Made by a program: the position numbers and the translations under genes
NCBI RefSeq assembly: GCF_009914755.1
Contig: NC_060937.1
Length of the DNA: 64,000 nucleotides
Direction: 5' to 3' (one strand)
DNA from: the human T2T-CHM13v2.0 reference genome, Homo sapiens
Shown: positions 1-15,879 of the stretch, piece after piece
How the letters are laid out: the number at the start of each line of letters is the position of its first letter
Position numbering within the stretch: position 1 is the stretch's first letter
Notes under the pieces: model-generated
Told to the model about the DNA's origin: nothing
The model's input: only the letters and a program-made list of their open reading frames with translations
The model's database searches: none

Positions 1-227
1 TACTGGTATGTTTGACTGTTTCTCCCATTGGTATTACAGATAACTATGCCTGCCTTTTCCCTAGAACAAATCACAATGTATTGAGAAGGAGCTTCTAATT
101 ACCAACATTATAGCAATCTAAATTCAGGCATTTCACAACTCACTCTTAAACTAGACTAAGAAATAGCTAACTAGTCTTCCTTTGTCTTCAAAACGTTTTA
201 TCTAATCAAACCTCTACATGCCATAAA

Positions 228-510
<283 letters not shown>

Positions 511-1625
511 TAACTCCTGTTTTAACCTTCCCCACATCTCATAATATAGCTCCAAAATTGTCCAATCACTTCAGTATAGCAATAAAACTTTCTCTACATC
601 TGAAACCCACAGAGGCTAGGTGGATTCAAGAGCCTTTTCCTAATCACAATGTATACTCACGATTCCTCCAAACTTCATGTATTCTCACAGAACTTAACTG
701 TTCCTCCAATTTGGCTGTTTAATGTCATCACAGGCATCCAAACTTAACATGATTCAATTTAGGTAAGTACATTAACAACTTTAGAGACTGGTAACTGCAA
801 GTTTATAAAGCAGTTTTCAAAAATAAGTTCTACCTATTTCAGTCTGCTTGCTACTATAAAAAATTAAACTTTTTAAAAAGGTAAGATAAGCACTTGAGAT
901 CATTAAAGAAAGTAATAGTAACAAATAAGAAACGTCACAATGACAATTTCTTACAAAATATGTCCAAAAAAGATCACAAGTTACAGGCCTCAAAGTACCT
1001 GTTATTGCATTTATAACTATTACAAGGAGCAACAAATAAACGACCGGCTGAAGTATATATTAATGCTATGTGGAATCTATAATCATTCAAACACTTTTCA
1101 TTTATAAGTGACTTCATTTAAGATTTTATAAATTTTTTTATCAACTTTTAAATTGCCTGTAAAATGGAAAATAAATAATTGCAGAATGTATGGAGCAGAG
1201 ATATACAGAACTCAAAAGTAGGCTAGAATTTACACTGACACACTATCTCCCGTAACTTCTTTTAAAATGGCTCTTTGAAACAAAAAACAAAATGAGGAAC
1301 TACTTATAATGCAATACATAACATCATAAAACAAGTTCCTCTGAAGTACTGGATTTAAACCAAGAAAGTATACTTAATACTAAGAAAGCCTCCAACAGCA
1401 GCATTAGCTGACTTCTAGAAAATAACTTCTACTAATGAGAATAAAGCAAACATACACATAGAGGAAGATGTTCATTGCAGAGTTATTTAAAAAGTCAAAA
1501 ACAGTGTACTAGTTGCGTTGTTAAAGAAAAAAAGAAACGGGAAAAAAAATAGTTATTTGGAAAGCCAAAGAAAAAAGCAAACAACCTAAATGACAAATAA
1601 GAACAGAATGGTTACATAAACTATA

Positions 1626-1715
1626 GTCTCTCATCCATGTACTAACCAAGCCTAATCCTGCTTGCCTTCCAAGTTAGATGAGATCAGGGGTGTTCAGAGT
1701 GGTATGGCCGTAGAT
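1626..1715 (-). pseudogene. 5S rRNA pseudogene, 3'-truncated (~nt 1-91)
   Basis: Reverse complement ATCTACGGCCATACCACTCTGAACACCCCTGATCTCATCTAACTTGGAAGGCAAGCAGGATTAGGCTTGGTTAGTACATGGATGAGAGAC aligns to 5S rRNA (GTCTACGGCCATACCACCCTGAACGCGCCCGATCTC...GGTTAGTACTTGGATGGGAGAC) with CpG decay. Confidence 0.93.
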
Positions 1716-3507
1716 GATTTGGTCATGCAAAAACACTGGATTTCAGCCATTGTAACGGCATAAAAACTACATATTAACAGTAAAAGTTCAAGGATGGGAA
1801 ATGTAAAGAGGATTTTGCTTTTCAAGTCAAAGTCTTTTGGTAAGTTTTCCTTGACTACATACAGGAAGTACTTAAATAATTCAAGAAAATAAGCTTTTTT
1901 CCCCTAAAAAGTAATAATTACATCATAAATAAAGCACTATTTAAACAAAGTGCAATACACTCACATAATGGAATTCTATGGAACCACTGGAAAGAATAGG
2001 AATCTACCTAACAGTATACTTTTATGGGATGATGTGCAGTGTTACTGGAAATACTAGTTGTAGTAGCAACATATAAATGATTCTATCTATGAAAAAAAGT
2101 CATGTATATTCATCAATAGGTGGCACATGCATATTTTTACAGATATATGTTTACAAGTTTATATATGAGAATCAGAAAGGAATAAGAAGACTGATTTTTG
2201 GTTTCTATTTCTACACTGTTTAAATTTTTATTAGAACCATCATGTACTATTTTTAATTAGTAAGACTTAAGAAATTGTGTCAAATTAACAATAATGAGAG
2301 CATTATTATTGTTAACTACTGTATATACCATGATTCTGACAACAGAATACTACTCAGCAATACAAAGAAGCAAACTACAGATATATGCAATAATATGGAT
2401 AAATCTCAGGCACATTAAAGCCTTGCTCAAAATAATACTCTGATTCCACTGACAGAAAAGTTCTACAACAGGTAATACTAATATATAGTGTAAAAAAGGC
2501 AGAACACTGCTTTCTTCTAGAGGTAGGTGGGGGCATGGGAAAAGAAATGAGTAAATTTTCCAGGGCAAGGGTAATGTTATCTTAACAGGTGACTGGGTTA
2601 CAAAAATGTATACACTTGTAAAAACTATAAAATGGTACACTTAAGATCTGTGCACTTGATTGTATCTGTATTCTAAAATTAAAATAAAACTAAAGTACTG
2701 AAGTAAAGCATGGTATGCATGCTTTAGGGGTAAGTGCACTGACATCTGCGATTTACTCTGAAATGAACCAAAGGATAATAGTGACAAGCACACTAAAATG
2801 TTAATGGTAGAATCTCAATGACGGGTATGTCACTGTAAAATTCTTTCAACTTTTCTGTATATTCAAAATTTTCAAAATAAAGTTGTAGGGCAAGGGCAGT
2901 CAAGGAAAACCAGGCAGGAAAATTCTAAAAATGAACATTATTGACAGAGGACTAGCCTTTCATCACCAAAAATAAGAGAATAGTGTAAAAGATATAGATC
3001 AATATATAAAAAGTCTAGAATAAACCCAAATACACATAAGAACTTAGTATCTATTTAAGGTTGCATCTCAAATCCCTGGGAAAACATGGATTATGCAGTC
3101 AAGTTTTATAGAGATAACTTTGTGTGCATCTGAATAAAAATACATAAATAAGGCTATATCCATACTTCATACCTGGATTTTCTTTAAAAATAAGATCATA
3201 AAGGACATGGATGATACTACTTGAGAAAATACAGTGACTGGTTTCCATTTTGCCTCACTGACTTCTCGTGGTAAGTCACAGTATGATTTGTAGCACGCAT
3301 ATAGTCAATTAGAGTTCATTAATTGACTGGTAACCCAATTAGTATGCTGGCATACAGTAAGCACAACTAGTGATAGCTTTCGCTATAATATCACTGGCAG
3401 TAACTTCATCTCAAAATAGGGAAAGTTTTTCTGACTATGACTACAATAGAAAATCCAAACCCCATGAAATAAAGGATAAATTCAACTACATAAAATGAAG
3501 CATTTCT

Positions 3508-3807
3508 TTTTGTGTGTGTGTTTTTTTGAGACAGTCTTGTTCTGCAGCTCAGGCTGGAGTGCGGTGGCGCCATCTAGCGTCACTGCAACCACCACCTCCT
3601 GGGTTCAAGCAATTCTCCTGCTTCAGCTTCCCCTGTAGCTGGGATTACAGGCGCCCACCACAACACCAGGCTGATTTTTATATTTTTAGTAGAGACATGG
3701 TTTCACCATGTTGGCCAGGCTGGTCTCGAACTCTTGAACTCAAATGATCCACCCACCTCAGCCTCCCAAAGTGCTGGGATTACAGGCGTGAGCCACCGCA
3801 CCCAGCC
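3508..3807 (-). mobile_element. AluS with 11-bp TSD
   Basis: TSD GAAGCATTTCT at 3497-3507 and 3808-3818. Confidence 0.95.
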
Positions 3808-4012
3808 GAAGCATTTCTATATTAGAAAAATTACCATAAGCAGAATCAAAACATAAATGTCAGTATGGGAAAGAGAAAGTTGCAGATCATATCACAATTT
3901 CCCTAATACATGAAAAGCTCCTACAAATCAACTTTTTAAGAAACCAACAATGTATCAGAAAAACTAGGGAGTGTATGAACAATCAACAGGAAAAAATATA
4001 TAATACGTAACA

Positions 4013-4650
4013 CTATATATAATTATATATTATACAAGAATACATAATTATTATATAATTATATATTATGCAATACATTATTATATAATTATATATTATA
4101 CAATACATTATTATATAATTATATATTATACAATACATTATATAATTATGTATTATACAATAATACATAATTATATAATGTATTATACAATACATAATTA
4201 TATAATTATATGTTATACAATAATACATAATTATTATATAATTATATATTATACAATAATACATAATTATTATATAATTATATATTATACAATAATACAT
4301 AATTATTATATAATTATATATTAATTATATATAAAATATATAATTAATTGTATAACGGTAATATATAATTAGTAATTATATATAATTACATTATATATTA
4401 TTTATGATGTAACCATTACTTTTTAGGAAAAAAGCTTACTTTCTTAAATTATTAAATTAATCTCTGGAGCATTATATATTATATACAATAATTATGTAAG
4501 TATTATGTACTATATATGTAATGGTTACATCATAAATCACATATATTCTAATATATTAGTTATATAATTATATGTTCTATATTATATATAAACATAATTA
4601 ATATGTAAAATATGTTATCCATATATAATTTATATATATTTATATATATA
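4013..4650. repeat. AT-rich minisatellite (~27-36 bp unit TATATAATTATATATTATACAATA(ATA)CAT(AA)TTAT) decaying into low-complexity AT DNA
   Basis: About 10 tandem units from 4013 to ~4330, then an AT-rich patchwork. Confidence 0.92.
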
Positions 4651-5364
4651 AATAAACATAGGAAAAATTTTTCAACCTAACTTTTATAAAACAAACACAC
4701 ATTAAAACTATGTTAGCCATTCCACCTCGGGCTGGATGTGGAACATCACAAGAGACCACTGCTCTCACCCCAACAAGAAACAAGCCGCTTTAACTACAAA
4801 ACTGTAGTATTTTTTAAAACCCAACAAGCTTGAGAAGACCAAAAAAAAAAAAAAATCCGTAAATGAACTAACTATATTCTAGAAAGTGACAAACTCTTCA
4901 GAAGAGCAAAGAAACTCATGTTTACTCTCATTCCTGGTGGAAAGTCAGGACGAAAAATCTGACTCCATAGATGGAGGTACAGAGAAACCAGCGAAACTTT
5001 AAATCATCTTTTAGCAGTCATATACACATGCTGTCGAGAGATTAGAATCAGAAGTACCACAAGCCACAAAGTGAGTCTACAGCCACTCATCAACACTTAC
5101 TAACCAAAGACTCATGAGTAATTCTGGGAGCAAGGAAGAACTACAAGAGATTACCAAGGAACTACTAGCTTCCAGCTAACAAAGTCTGAGTGTAGAGCAC
5201 AAGGGCTGAGTGAAACCCCTCTGAGGCATTCTTGGGTGGGTTACCATTCAAAAGACAAGGAAAGGAGCAACAATGCTGAAAAACAGTTCCAAAAGTCATA
5301 AAGGCAGGAGGTAGGAGTTAAGAACAAAGATCTCCCCAGCAATTCAAAAACCTGGAACCAGGGG

Positions 5365-5575
5365 CATCTGATCTCTCAAGCTGCCCACTTGGCCCTCTTC
5401 CAAGTGTACTTTACTTCCTTTCATTCTTGCTGTAAAGCATTTTAATAAACATTCACTCCTGCGCTAAAACTTGCCTCAGTTTCTCCTTCTGCCTTATGTC
5501 TCCTCGGTCGAATTCTTTCTTCTGAGACAAGAAGTGAGGTTGCTGCAGATCCATATGGATTTGCAGCAGGTAACA
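5365..5575 (+). mobile_element. ERV1 MER50-like LTR, 3' part
   Basis: AATAAA near 5444 followed by cactcctgcgctaaaacttgcctc...gaggttgctgcaga...ggtaaCA, matching my recollection of the MER50 3' end. Confidence 0.7.
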
Positions 5576-6981
<1,406 letters not shown>

Positions 6982-7514
6982 CCAAAGGGAAAATTCTCAT
7001 TCTGCCCTCAAAGCATTTGAAGCCAATGGTGAACTGAATCAAACGAAAGTTGTTACAAAGCCCAGAACCAATCAGACTACAGGGCAACTGACTCAGCCTC
7101 CACTCAAGTGGCCTAACAAAAAAAAGGCATGCCCCCTTACTGAAAATAAATCTTATTTACTTCAGTCTCTACAGTCCTTTTACACAAAAGATCTAGCATA
7201 AAACCAACTAAAGGGAACACAAAATAGTAAGAAAATGTGATCTACATGAGACGAAACAGTCAATGGAAACATACTCAGAGACTGTCCAGATAATAGATTA
7301 GACGGGGACTTCACAATAATGATAAAAATGCTAAAGAATTTACTGGAAAATGTGGACAACATGCATGGAGAGGTGGGGAACTTCAGTGAATACACAGAAA
7401 CTATTAAAAAGAGCCAAATGGGAAAATCCAGAAATAAAAAATTTGAATCAGAAATAACTCTCCTTCACAGTCTGGAAACGGTAGAGGAAAAACAATAGTG
7501 AACTTGAAAACAGG

Positions 7515-7897
<383 letters not shown>

Positions 7898-8955
7898 TCA
7901 AATAATCTAACATACAAGGAACTAAATATAAAGTCTCAGAAAAAGAGGAAAAAAAAATGGGGCAGAAAAATTTTGAAGACATAGTGACCATGAACTTTCC
8001 AAAACCGATGAAAGACCCAAAACACAGATCCAAATTGGCAAATCTAAGGATAAAACACATAAACACAGACAGACAAGCCTATCATCGTCAAACTGCTGAC
8101 CAAATAAAAGGAATTGAATCTTAAAGGTAGTCAAAGGGGGAAAACAGACACATTACATTCAGGAGAACAAAGACTCAAATGACAGCAGATTTCTCACCAG
8201 AAACAACAGAGGACGGTGGCAATGGAACAATATCATAAAATAACTGAAAGAAAGGTGTAAAACCAACGACCTAGGTTCCACTTTAAGAAAGAGGAAAAGG
8301 ACAGCAAATTAAACCCAAAGTGTTTTAAAAGGGAATCATAAAAATAAAACACTGAAATAGAAAATAGAAAAAAAAGTTAACATTGTTCTTTAATAAGCTG
8401 AATAAAACTGAAAAACTAATAGCAAAATTGATTAAGAAAATAAAAGAGCAACCAAAGGTATAATTAAAAAGGGGAAAGGAAGCATCACAATAAATCCTAG
8501 TTATTAAACGAATAGTAAGGTTACAATGCAATGTCAATAAATTTGGCAACTTCAGAAAAATCCTTGAATATCATAAATTGTCAAGAGTGACACAAGAAGA
8601 AACAGAAATACCTACACAGCCCTATACCTATTAAAGACATTGATTTTATAACCAAAAAATCCTCACAACAAAAATTTCAGTCCCAGATGGCTTCACTGGT
8701 GAAGGATCCCAAAAATTTTAAGGAAAAAAAAAATAGTACTAACCCTAAATAAATTTTTTCAGAAAAACGGAGGATAGAATACTTCCACTTGTTTTAATAT
8801 TATCAAATCTACCATAATATAACATGACCAAGCCTGGTTTACCTCAGGAATACAAGATTGGCTTAATATTTGAAAAGCAATCCATGTAATACAACATATT
8901 AACAAAAAAACGGGAAAATCTGTATGATCGTCTCAACAGATGGAGAAAAAGAACT

Positions 8956-9298
<343 letters not shown>

Positions 9299-9487
9299 TT
9301 AAGCAAATTAAGAAAAAAATTCTCAATCTGGTAAAAGGCAGTTACTAAAAACCTAGAGCCAATATCAGTAATACTGAAACATTTAATCTCTTTCCCTTTA
9401 GACTGGAAACAAGACATGGACGTCCACTCTTACTACTTCAACATTGTACTATTGCTTCTAGCCAGCATGATAAGAAATGAAGGTATA

Positions 9488-9779
<292 letters not shown>

Positions 9780-12269
9780 TCAGAAAATTGTCATTACTCA
9801 TAGATGATGAGATTGGTAGAAGAAAATTCCACAGAATCTATAAAATAGCTACTAGAATAAGTACACTTGGTAAAATTTCAGAATTCAACGTCAATATACA
9901 AATATATTTCTATATACTAACAATAAAAATCAGAAAATCAAAATTTTAAAAGCATTTGTAAAACATGTCGCAGAAAAAAATAACAAAAGAAATGCTTCTA
10001 CATAGGTAAAATATCTCAAGAAGAATCACTAAGTAACAGATCTTGAACTTACTCCATTATTTAATACACACATAAAAGATACTAATAAAACCCTAAGTTA
10101 AAAATAAACTTTTACCTATTTCAAAGTTACTGCATGTAAATTGAAAAGACTTTTTCCACAGAAATAAAGTAGTAGGAGAGTAATGAGTAAGTCTAGTAGG
10201 AACAGCTTACCATTCATTCATTTCTCTCATTCATTCTTTTCTCTGGCACAAAGGAAGCAAGAAGAGGGAAAAAAATCTTACAAGCTATTTAGCTCAAGCT
10301 TCAGTTAGTCATTCTCAAGCTTAGGTTATGTACATAACTAACATGGGAATATTTTACATTTTGCTCATAATACAGTCCCTATCTCTCAGTTTAAGCATGT
10401 AAAATAATTTTGAGAAGCACTGTCAGCCAAAGATAAGGAAGTGCTAAAACATACAGAAAAAAAGTGCTAAATGCATTTTAACCACTCAGCATTCAGATGG
10501 AAAGGCCAAATAAGATTGCAGCAGCAAAATGTGATTATGAAAGTCAATTTATCACAAGTTAAGGGGATAAAGAAATAAAGAAAAATGTTTTAACCAATAA
10601 TTATAGACTATTAACTCTTCTACCAGCTATAAAATTCATCAGGTTAGAATTACTATAATTCTTTTATGTGCAGCTCTATGGAGACAGCAATCTTGCACAT
10701 AGCAACATTCAATAATACTTTAACAAGTAAATATTAATATACTTCAATGACCTTTCCCTCTCAAAGAAAAAAAAAATCTGAACTTAAGCTTTACCTAAAC
10801 TGAAGATGCTAGGAGTAAAAATGGAAAGAAGTAGACCCAAAGACTACTTAATCTTCAAATAGCTCACATATCTGCTGTTCTGAAGTTGGGTAGATTCTAT
10901 AGTTTTACCCAAATTATTGCCTCTTCCCTTGGTTTTAGGTACACAAACTTGAAATTTCAACTAACGCATTTAATAATCAGGTATATACTACACACAAAGC
11001 ATTGTGCTAGATAATGTATATAATGAACAGGAACATAGTTAAATCTTAAGAGCTGGAGTCTGCTTTCAAGGGCCTGAGACTCTAATAATAAAGCTAAAAT
11101 AACACGACTAAATAATTTAATGTACAAGTGATGAGTGTCATGACAACTGAAACCAGTGCTGAGAGAGAGGAGTCATGGTGGGAGGAGTCACTTCACCCAG
11201 CTGGATAGATCATAGGCAGCTTTCTGGAAGAACTGGAATCACACTTGATCTTTGACTTCAACACAAAGAAAGGATATAAAGACAGTACACCATAATACAA
11301 CAAGGCTCTGGAATCAAAATGTCTTCTTTTGGATCCTGTCTCCATCACTTACTAGCTATGAATAAAGTATGCTAATTCATCTTCCTAACACCTATCTTGC
11401 ACACAATGAATGTATAACAATTAACATATATTAATAGTAAGCACTCAATAAATGGTGCCCACTACTAATCTTCAGAAAAAAGAAACAGTAAAGTTTCAGA
11501 AAAAAGAAACAATAAAAAAAAATGACAGTGAATCACGAAAGTTCAGCTTTGCTGAAATTAAGACTCATATAAAAAGTAGAAAGATATAAATGGAAAAGAT
11601 AATTTAAAGCAAATCATTAGCTTTCTTAAAGGCAAGCTAAAAAGTATGCAATTTATTATCTGGGAATGCTGAAGGTTTTGATCAAGCAATGGGATACAAA
11701 CAAGGCTGGGCATCCATGTCAGAAGAACTGGAAGGGAGAAAGGCCTAGAGATAAAAACAGATTTGTTAGGAAGCAAACTGCAATCATTTAGATACGGAGT
11801 GTGAGCCCCCTACTAAGCAATGTCAGTAAGGATTATTAAGAGAGAACCTCATGACTAAGTGAATGGGAGGAAGGAGAAGCCAAAAAATTTCAAGCCAGCA
11901 TAATTTGGAGAAATGAAATTAAAATAAGTGAATCCAGAAAACACTTCTTTTCAGAAATTAGTTTGAAGTTTAGATGAGCGATCCAAGCAGATATACAGCC
12001 AGCAATTAGAGATAAAAGCTTAAGACTGTGAAGAGTGGTTAAGTCTAAACATACTTATGTGAAAATAAATGCAGAGTAGAGGTTCTAGTTTGGAATCCAT
12101 TAACAAGCTCAGAGTGAAAAGCTCTGAAATTCAATGCAAATGTGTATGTATTTGTAAATCCTAGGGAGACAGTCTTTAATCAGACTTTAAAGGATCTACA
12201 ATATACACTCCAAAAAAAGTTTTTAAGAACCACTGGCATGTATTACAAAGAAAACCATTCATGGGAAAG

Positions 12270-12625
12270 GTCTTAGTCCGTTTGTGCTGCTATAACAGAA
12301 TACCACAAGATGGGTAATTTATAAAGAAATTTATTGGCTCACAGTTCTGGAGGCTGGGAAGTCTCATATCAAGGTACTGGCAGGTTTGGCAATTCTGATT
12401 CCAAGATAGACCTTGAACACTGCATCCTCCGGAGTTCCTCCCATGGCAGAAGTCAGAGGTCTCCCATAGCAGAAGTCAGAGGGGCAGAGGCAAAACCTAA
12501 CCTTTTATAAAGGCATTAATCCAATCAACAAAGGCAGAGCCCTCGTGACCTAATCACCTCTTAATACTTAACGAAATTAAATTTCAACATGAATTCTGGA
12601 GAAGACAAACATTCAAATCTTAGCA
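12270..12625 (-). mobile_element. ERVL-MaLR (MST-type) solo LTR
   Basis: tcttagtccgtttgtgctgctataacagaatacc...ctcacagttctggaggctgggaagtc...acaaacattcaaa; internal ~23-bp duplication near 12439-12482. Confidence 0.8.
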
Positions 12626-13449
12626 GTAATTAATGAAATGTCAGAAGTAAAAAATGGATGAAGAAAAAAATGTCAGTGTAACAACACTGAAAAATACAAT
12701 TAGAATCTGAAGAAAAGGAACAAAAGAGGGTAAGACTGACTTAAGAAAAGGAACCAACACATTAGGGATTCAAGGCAAGTAAGTTAAAAAGGTGGCATCA
12801 ACACTGATGTTATACACGCATAGGGCAAAAAATATAAAACTTCAGGCAATAAATATAAATTGATTGGTAACACTGAGGTAAGTAATTTTGGTTGTAATTA
12901 TATTACAACGAAGAAATTCTATTCCAAGACATTAAGAAGTAAATGGCTGAGGGCAAATTAACAAAAAATTAAAAGTCTGACTACTACTTCAAGATTTACC
13001 AGCGACAGGAACAGAAAGCTAGCAAGAAAGTGACTAGAAGCGTTTTATCTTTTGTTTTGTTTTTTGCTATTATTGCTGAGTTTTTCCTAAAGAATGGGAA
13101 ATGGACTTACTATGCCAAAAGAAGCCAACTGAAAAGGAAAGGTCAAAGGAATCAAAAATACTCAAAAGTTCAGGAGTAAAAAGATCATTTAGCCAACCCA
13201 AAAGAATAACTCTTCCTATCAGACACGAACAAAAATAAATTTTAATGTGGTGAGAAAGGTGTAGTAACAAGTACAGGTGAAGGGGAAAAATACTACAAAA
13301 ACTACAAAGATGTTTATTTCTTAAACTCTAAAGCACTGATAATCACGATGCTTTAGAACTTTGTTCTTTTACAATAGTAGCCAATACTATCAAAATGTCA
13401 TAGTAAAAAAGTATATGCAGTAACAGAAAACACTAGGATGCTGCATTCT

Positions 13450-13930
13450 GTAGTAGTAAATTAAGAATATGCACACAGCTCTAGAGTCAAAAAGCCTTAG
13501 TTTAAATCACTGTGGGCAAATAACTTCATGCTTCAGTGCCTCAGTATCATCACCTGCAAAATGGAGAGATAACAATGCTTACCTCATAAAACTTGTAAGT
13601 ACAATAATACAAAATGTTTAACAACAATGCATACAGTTTAGGTGGTAGTCACAGCAGGAGTGTTGGTGATAATTCTAACAGTAGCAACAGTAGTAATGTA
13701 GCCTATCTGTGTTTAATCAACCAATATCTAAGAAAGGAGGGGAAGGGCAAGGCTCACAAACATGTGTCCCATTCAACCCTTTCAACTATAGATGGAAATA
13801 CTGTAATTCTTCCTATTATACCAATAAGGAAAGAGGAGGTTTCTTTGCCTAGACAGCTAATAAATGGCAGAAGTGAGATTTGAATACTGATCTGGACACA
13901 GAGATCTTCCTTCCACCACACACTTCCTCC
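13450..13930. mobile_element. Two MIR fragments in opposite orientation
   Basis: MIR core cagtgcctcagtatcatcacctgcaaaatggagagataac and reverse-type cagctaataaatggcagaagtgagatttgaa. Confidence 0.6.
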
Positions 13931-15879
13931 ACAGCACTACACAGTGGCAGAAGCACAACACTAGGCATTTTGTTCTTTACTACTCAACTCACAAAACCTC
14001 AGTACGTCATTACATCCACCTGCCCCTCAATTTTATTTTCTAAAAAATTAAAGTTTCATTAGATGTTTAGGTGTCTCTTCAGGAAAAAAAAAAAAAAACA
14101 TGACTTTGATGTGTAAGTCCACCTAAAAGTTTTAAATACAGTAGAAAGTGTTTTCTGTTTTTTTTGTTTGTTTAAAAGTTTACTACAACAAAGGAGCTTA
14201 ATTTTTTTTTCAGGACTTCTCATCATCAAAACGAAATGTTAGAAAAAAGACTAACATTTAGTTTCATATTATTGGCAAGTATGACTAAGCAAATCTTTGA
14301 GATAACAAAACATCAATCTTAAGCATTTCAAGATGACAATTTTAATAAAGTTCAAAATTCTCAATTTATGAAAAAGACATTGAAAATTATTTTCAATAAT
14401 TTATGAAACTCAGAACCCTGATACATGTACAGAAGTTATGAAACAGTAAATACAGATATGCAGACTTCTATTTCACGCTGAAAACACAGCCAGGCTTTTT
14501 TTTTTTTTTTTAAACATCCATCTGAAAACCCTCTTGCCCTAAAACCCTTCACTGGCTTCCCACTATCCTTCAATAACATCCAAAGTCTTAAACATGACTC
14601 AACAAAGTCCTGTGTGATCTGGCTCCTATCTCTGGAGCTTTCCACTGCCATTCTTCTCCTTTGCTTTTTTCTATTTCTTTCAATTCCTCCAACATATCTT
14701 TTTTGTCCATTTTTAGGACCTCCATACAATCTGTTCACCAAACCTATAACGCTTTCACAGGTCTCCAATCCCATCCTTTTGCCCCAGCAAAGTATTCTTC
14801 ATCCTTCCAAGCTGAGATAAACATTACACCAGGGAAGTGTTTCCTGATGTTCCCAGACTTCAACACCTATCTTTCCTGCTAAATGGTAAATAAAATGAAG
14901 TGAGTCATTTCATGTCTTGTTACCTACTATTTCCCCAATATCTTGCACACTGCTTAGCACAGAGTAGGTTAAGTACTCTTAAAATAAATGTTTGCTGAAT
15001 TAACACATTCAAAATGTGGAGTAAGTCCAAAACCATGAAGTATTTAACCACCACAGGTAACTAAAAAGTTTTATGTAAGTTTCAAGTTACAGCTTACCCT
15101 TGGTCCTCTGTATGTTCCTCTCTCAAACAGAGGTCGTTTGGTAATTACAATGTTAAAGCAAAAAAAAAAAAAAATTCCTTTTAGATAACAGATCATAACA
15201 TTTCACAAAACCAACGTTAGAAACCACTGATCCATAATTGGGATCAGCTTTTATAAGTCATCATACAAAAGAATCCACCTGAAATGCAATTAAAAGGACA
15301 AGAACTTGAATAAGGGCTCAATTTTACCACAGCTACACACATTAGAAAAGGACCAATTACAATTCCCAGTGTCTAGGCTCTACTAGCAGAGCCTTATTTA
15401 TTACAACATAATGACTGCAGTGCTACAGCCATCGAGAGTAGGCTTTATGATACATGGAATATGTTTCATTAAGACTAAAGAAAAATTACAAGCATACACT
15501 CTAAGTAGCTACAGTCTTCTCATTTAGGTAAGATGGAGGGATACGGCAGTAAATCTAATATGAAACTGAACGCTTAAAGGAAAGCTATTTCAATCCAAAA
15601 CATTTATAAGTTTTGTATTCACCTAATAACTACTGAATGCTAATTACACACCAGACAGTAGTCTAAGATTTCCTTAATATACACCCATTATTTTCCCAAT
15701 TTTACAGCTGAGGAAATGGAAGCCCTGAGTTAAGTAACTTACCCAATATCATACAGCTGGTAAGTGGCAGAGGCAGAATTCAAAGCCAGACATTCTGCTC
15801 CAGAGTTCTCCTCACCGCTATACTATGATGCCCACTCTCCAATACACCGAAATAGGACTTCCATCTGCACAACTCTACT

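Larger units (their letters stand above)
2290..4730 (+). mobile_element. Old L1M (L1ME-like) fragments interrupted by an Alu and an AT-rich repeat
   Basis: L1 3'-region phrases such as aaatggtacacttaagatctgtgcac and aagctcctacaaatcaa, resuming at aataaacataggaaaa near 4650. Confidence 0.6.

Noticed and set aside
1626-1715. Functional 5S rRNA gene
   Set aside because: Truncated, heavily substituted and lacking a terminator.
4013-4300. Repetitive Y/C/I/N 95-aa ORF
   Set aside because: Translation of the AT minisatellite.
11471-11516. Small duplications (also 56773-56835, 59074-59125, 60701-60720)
   Set aside because: Ordinary slippage duplications with no further structure.
15225-15265. Minus-strand ATGATGA...CTGA resembling a C/D snoRNA
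   Set aside because: The boxes are only ~10 nt apart, with no downstream D box or terminal stem at a suitable distance.
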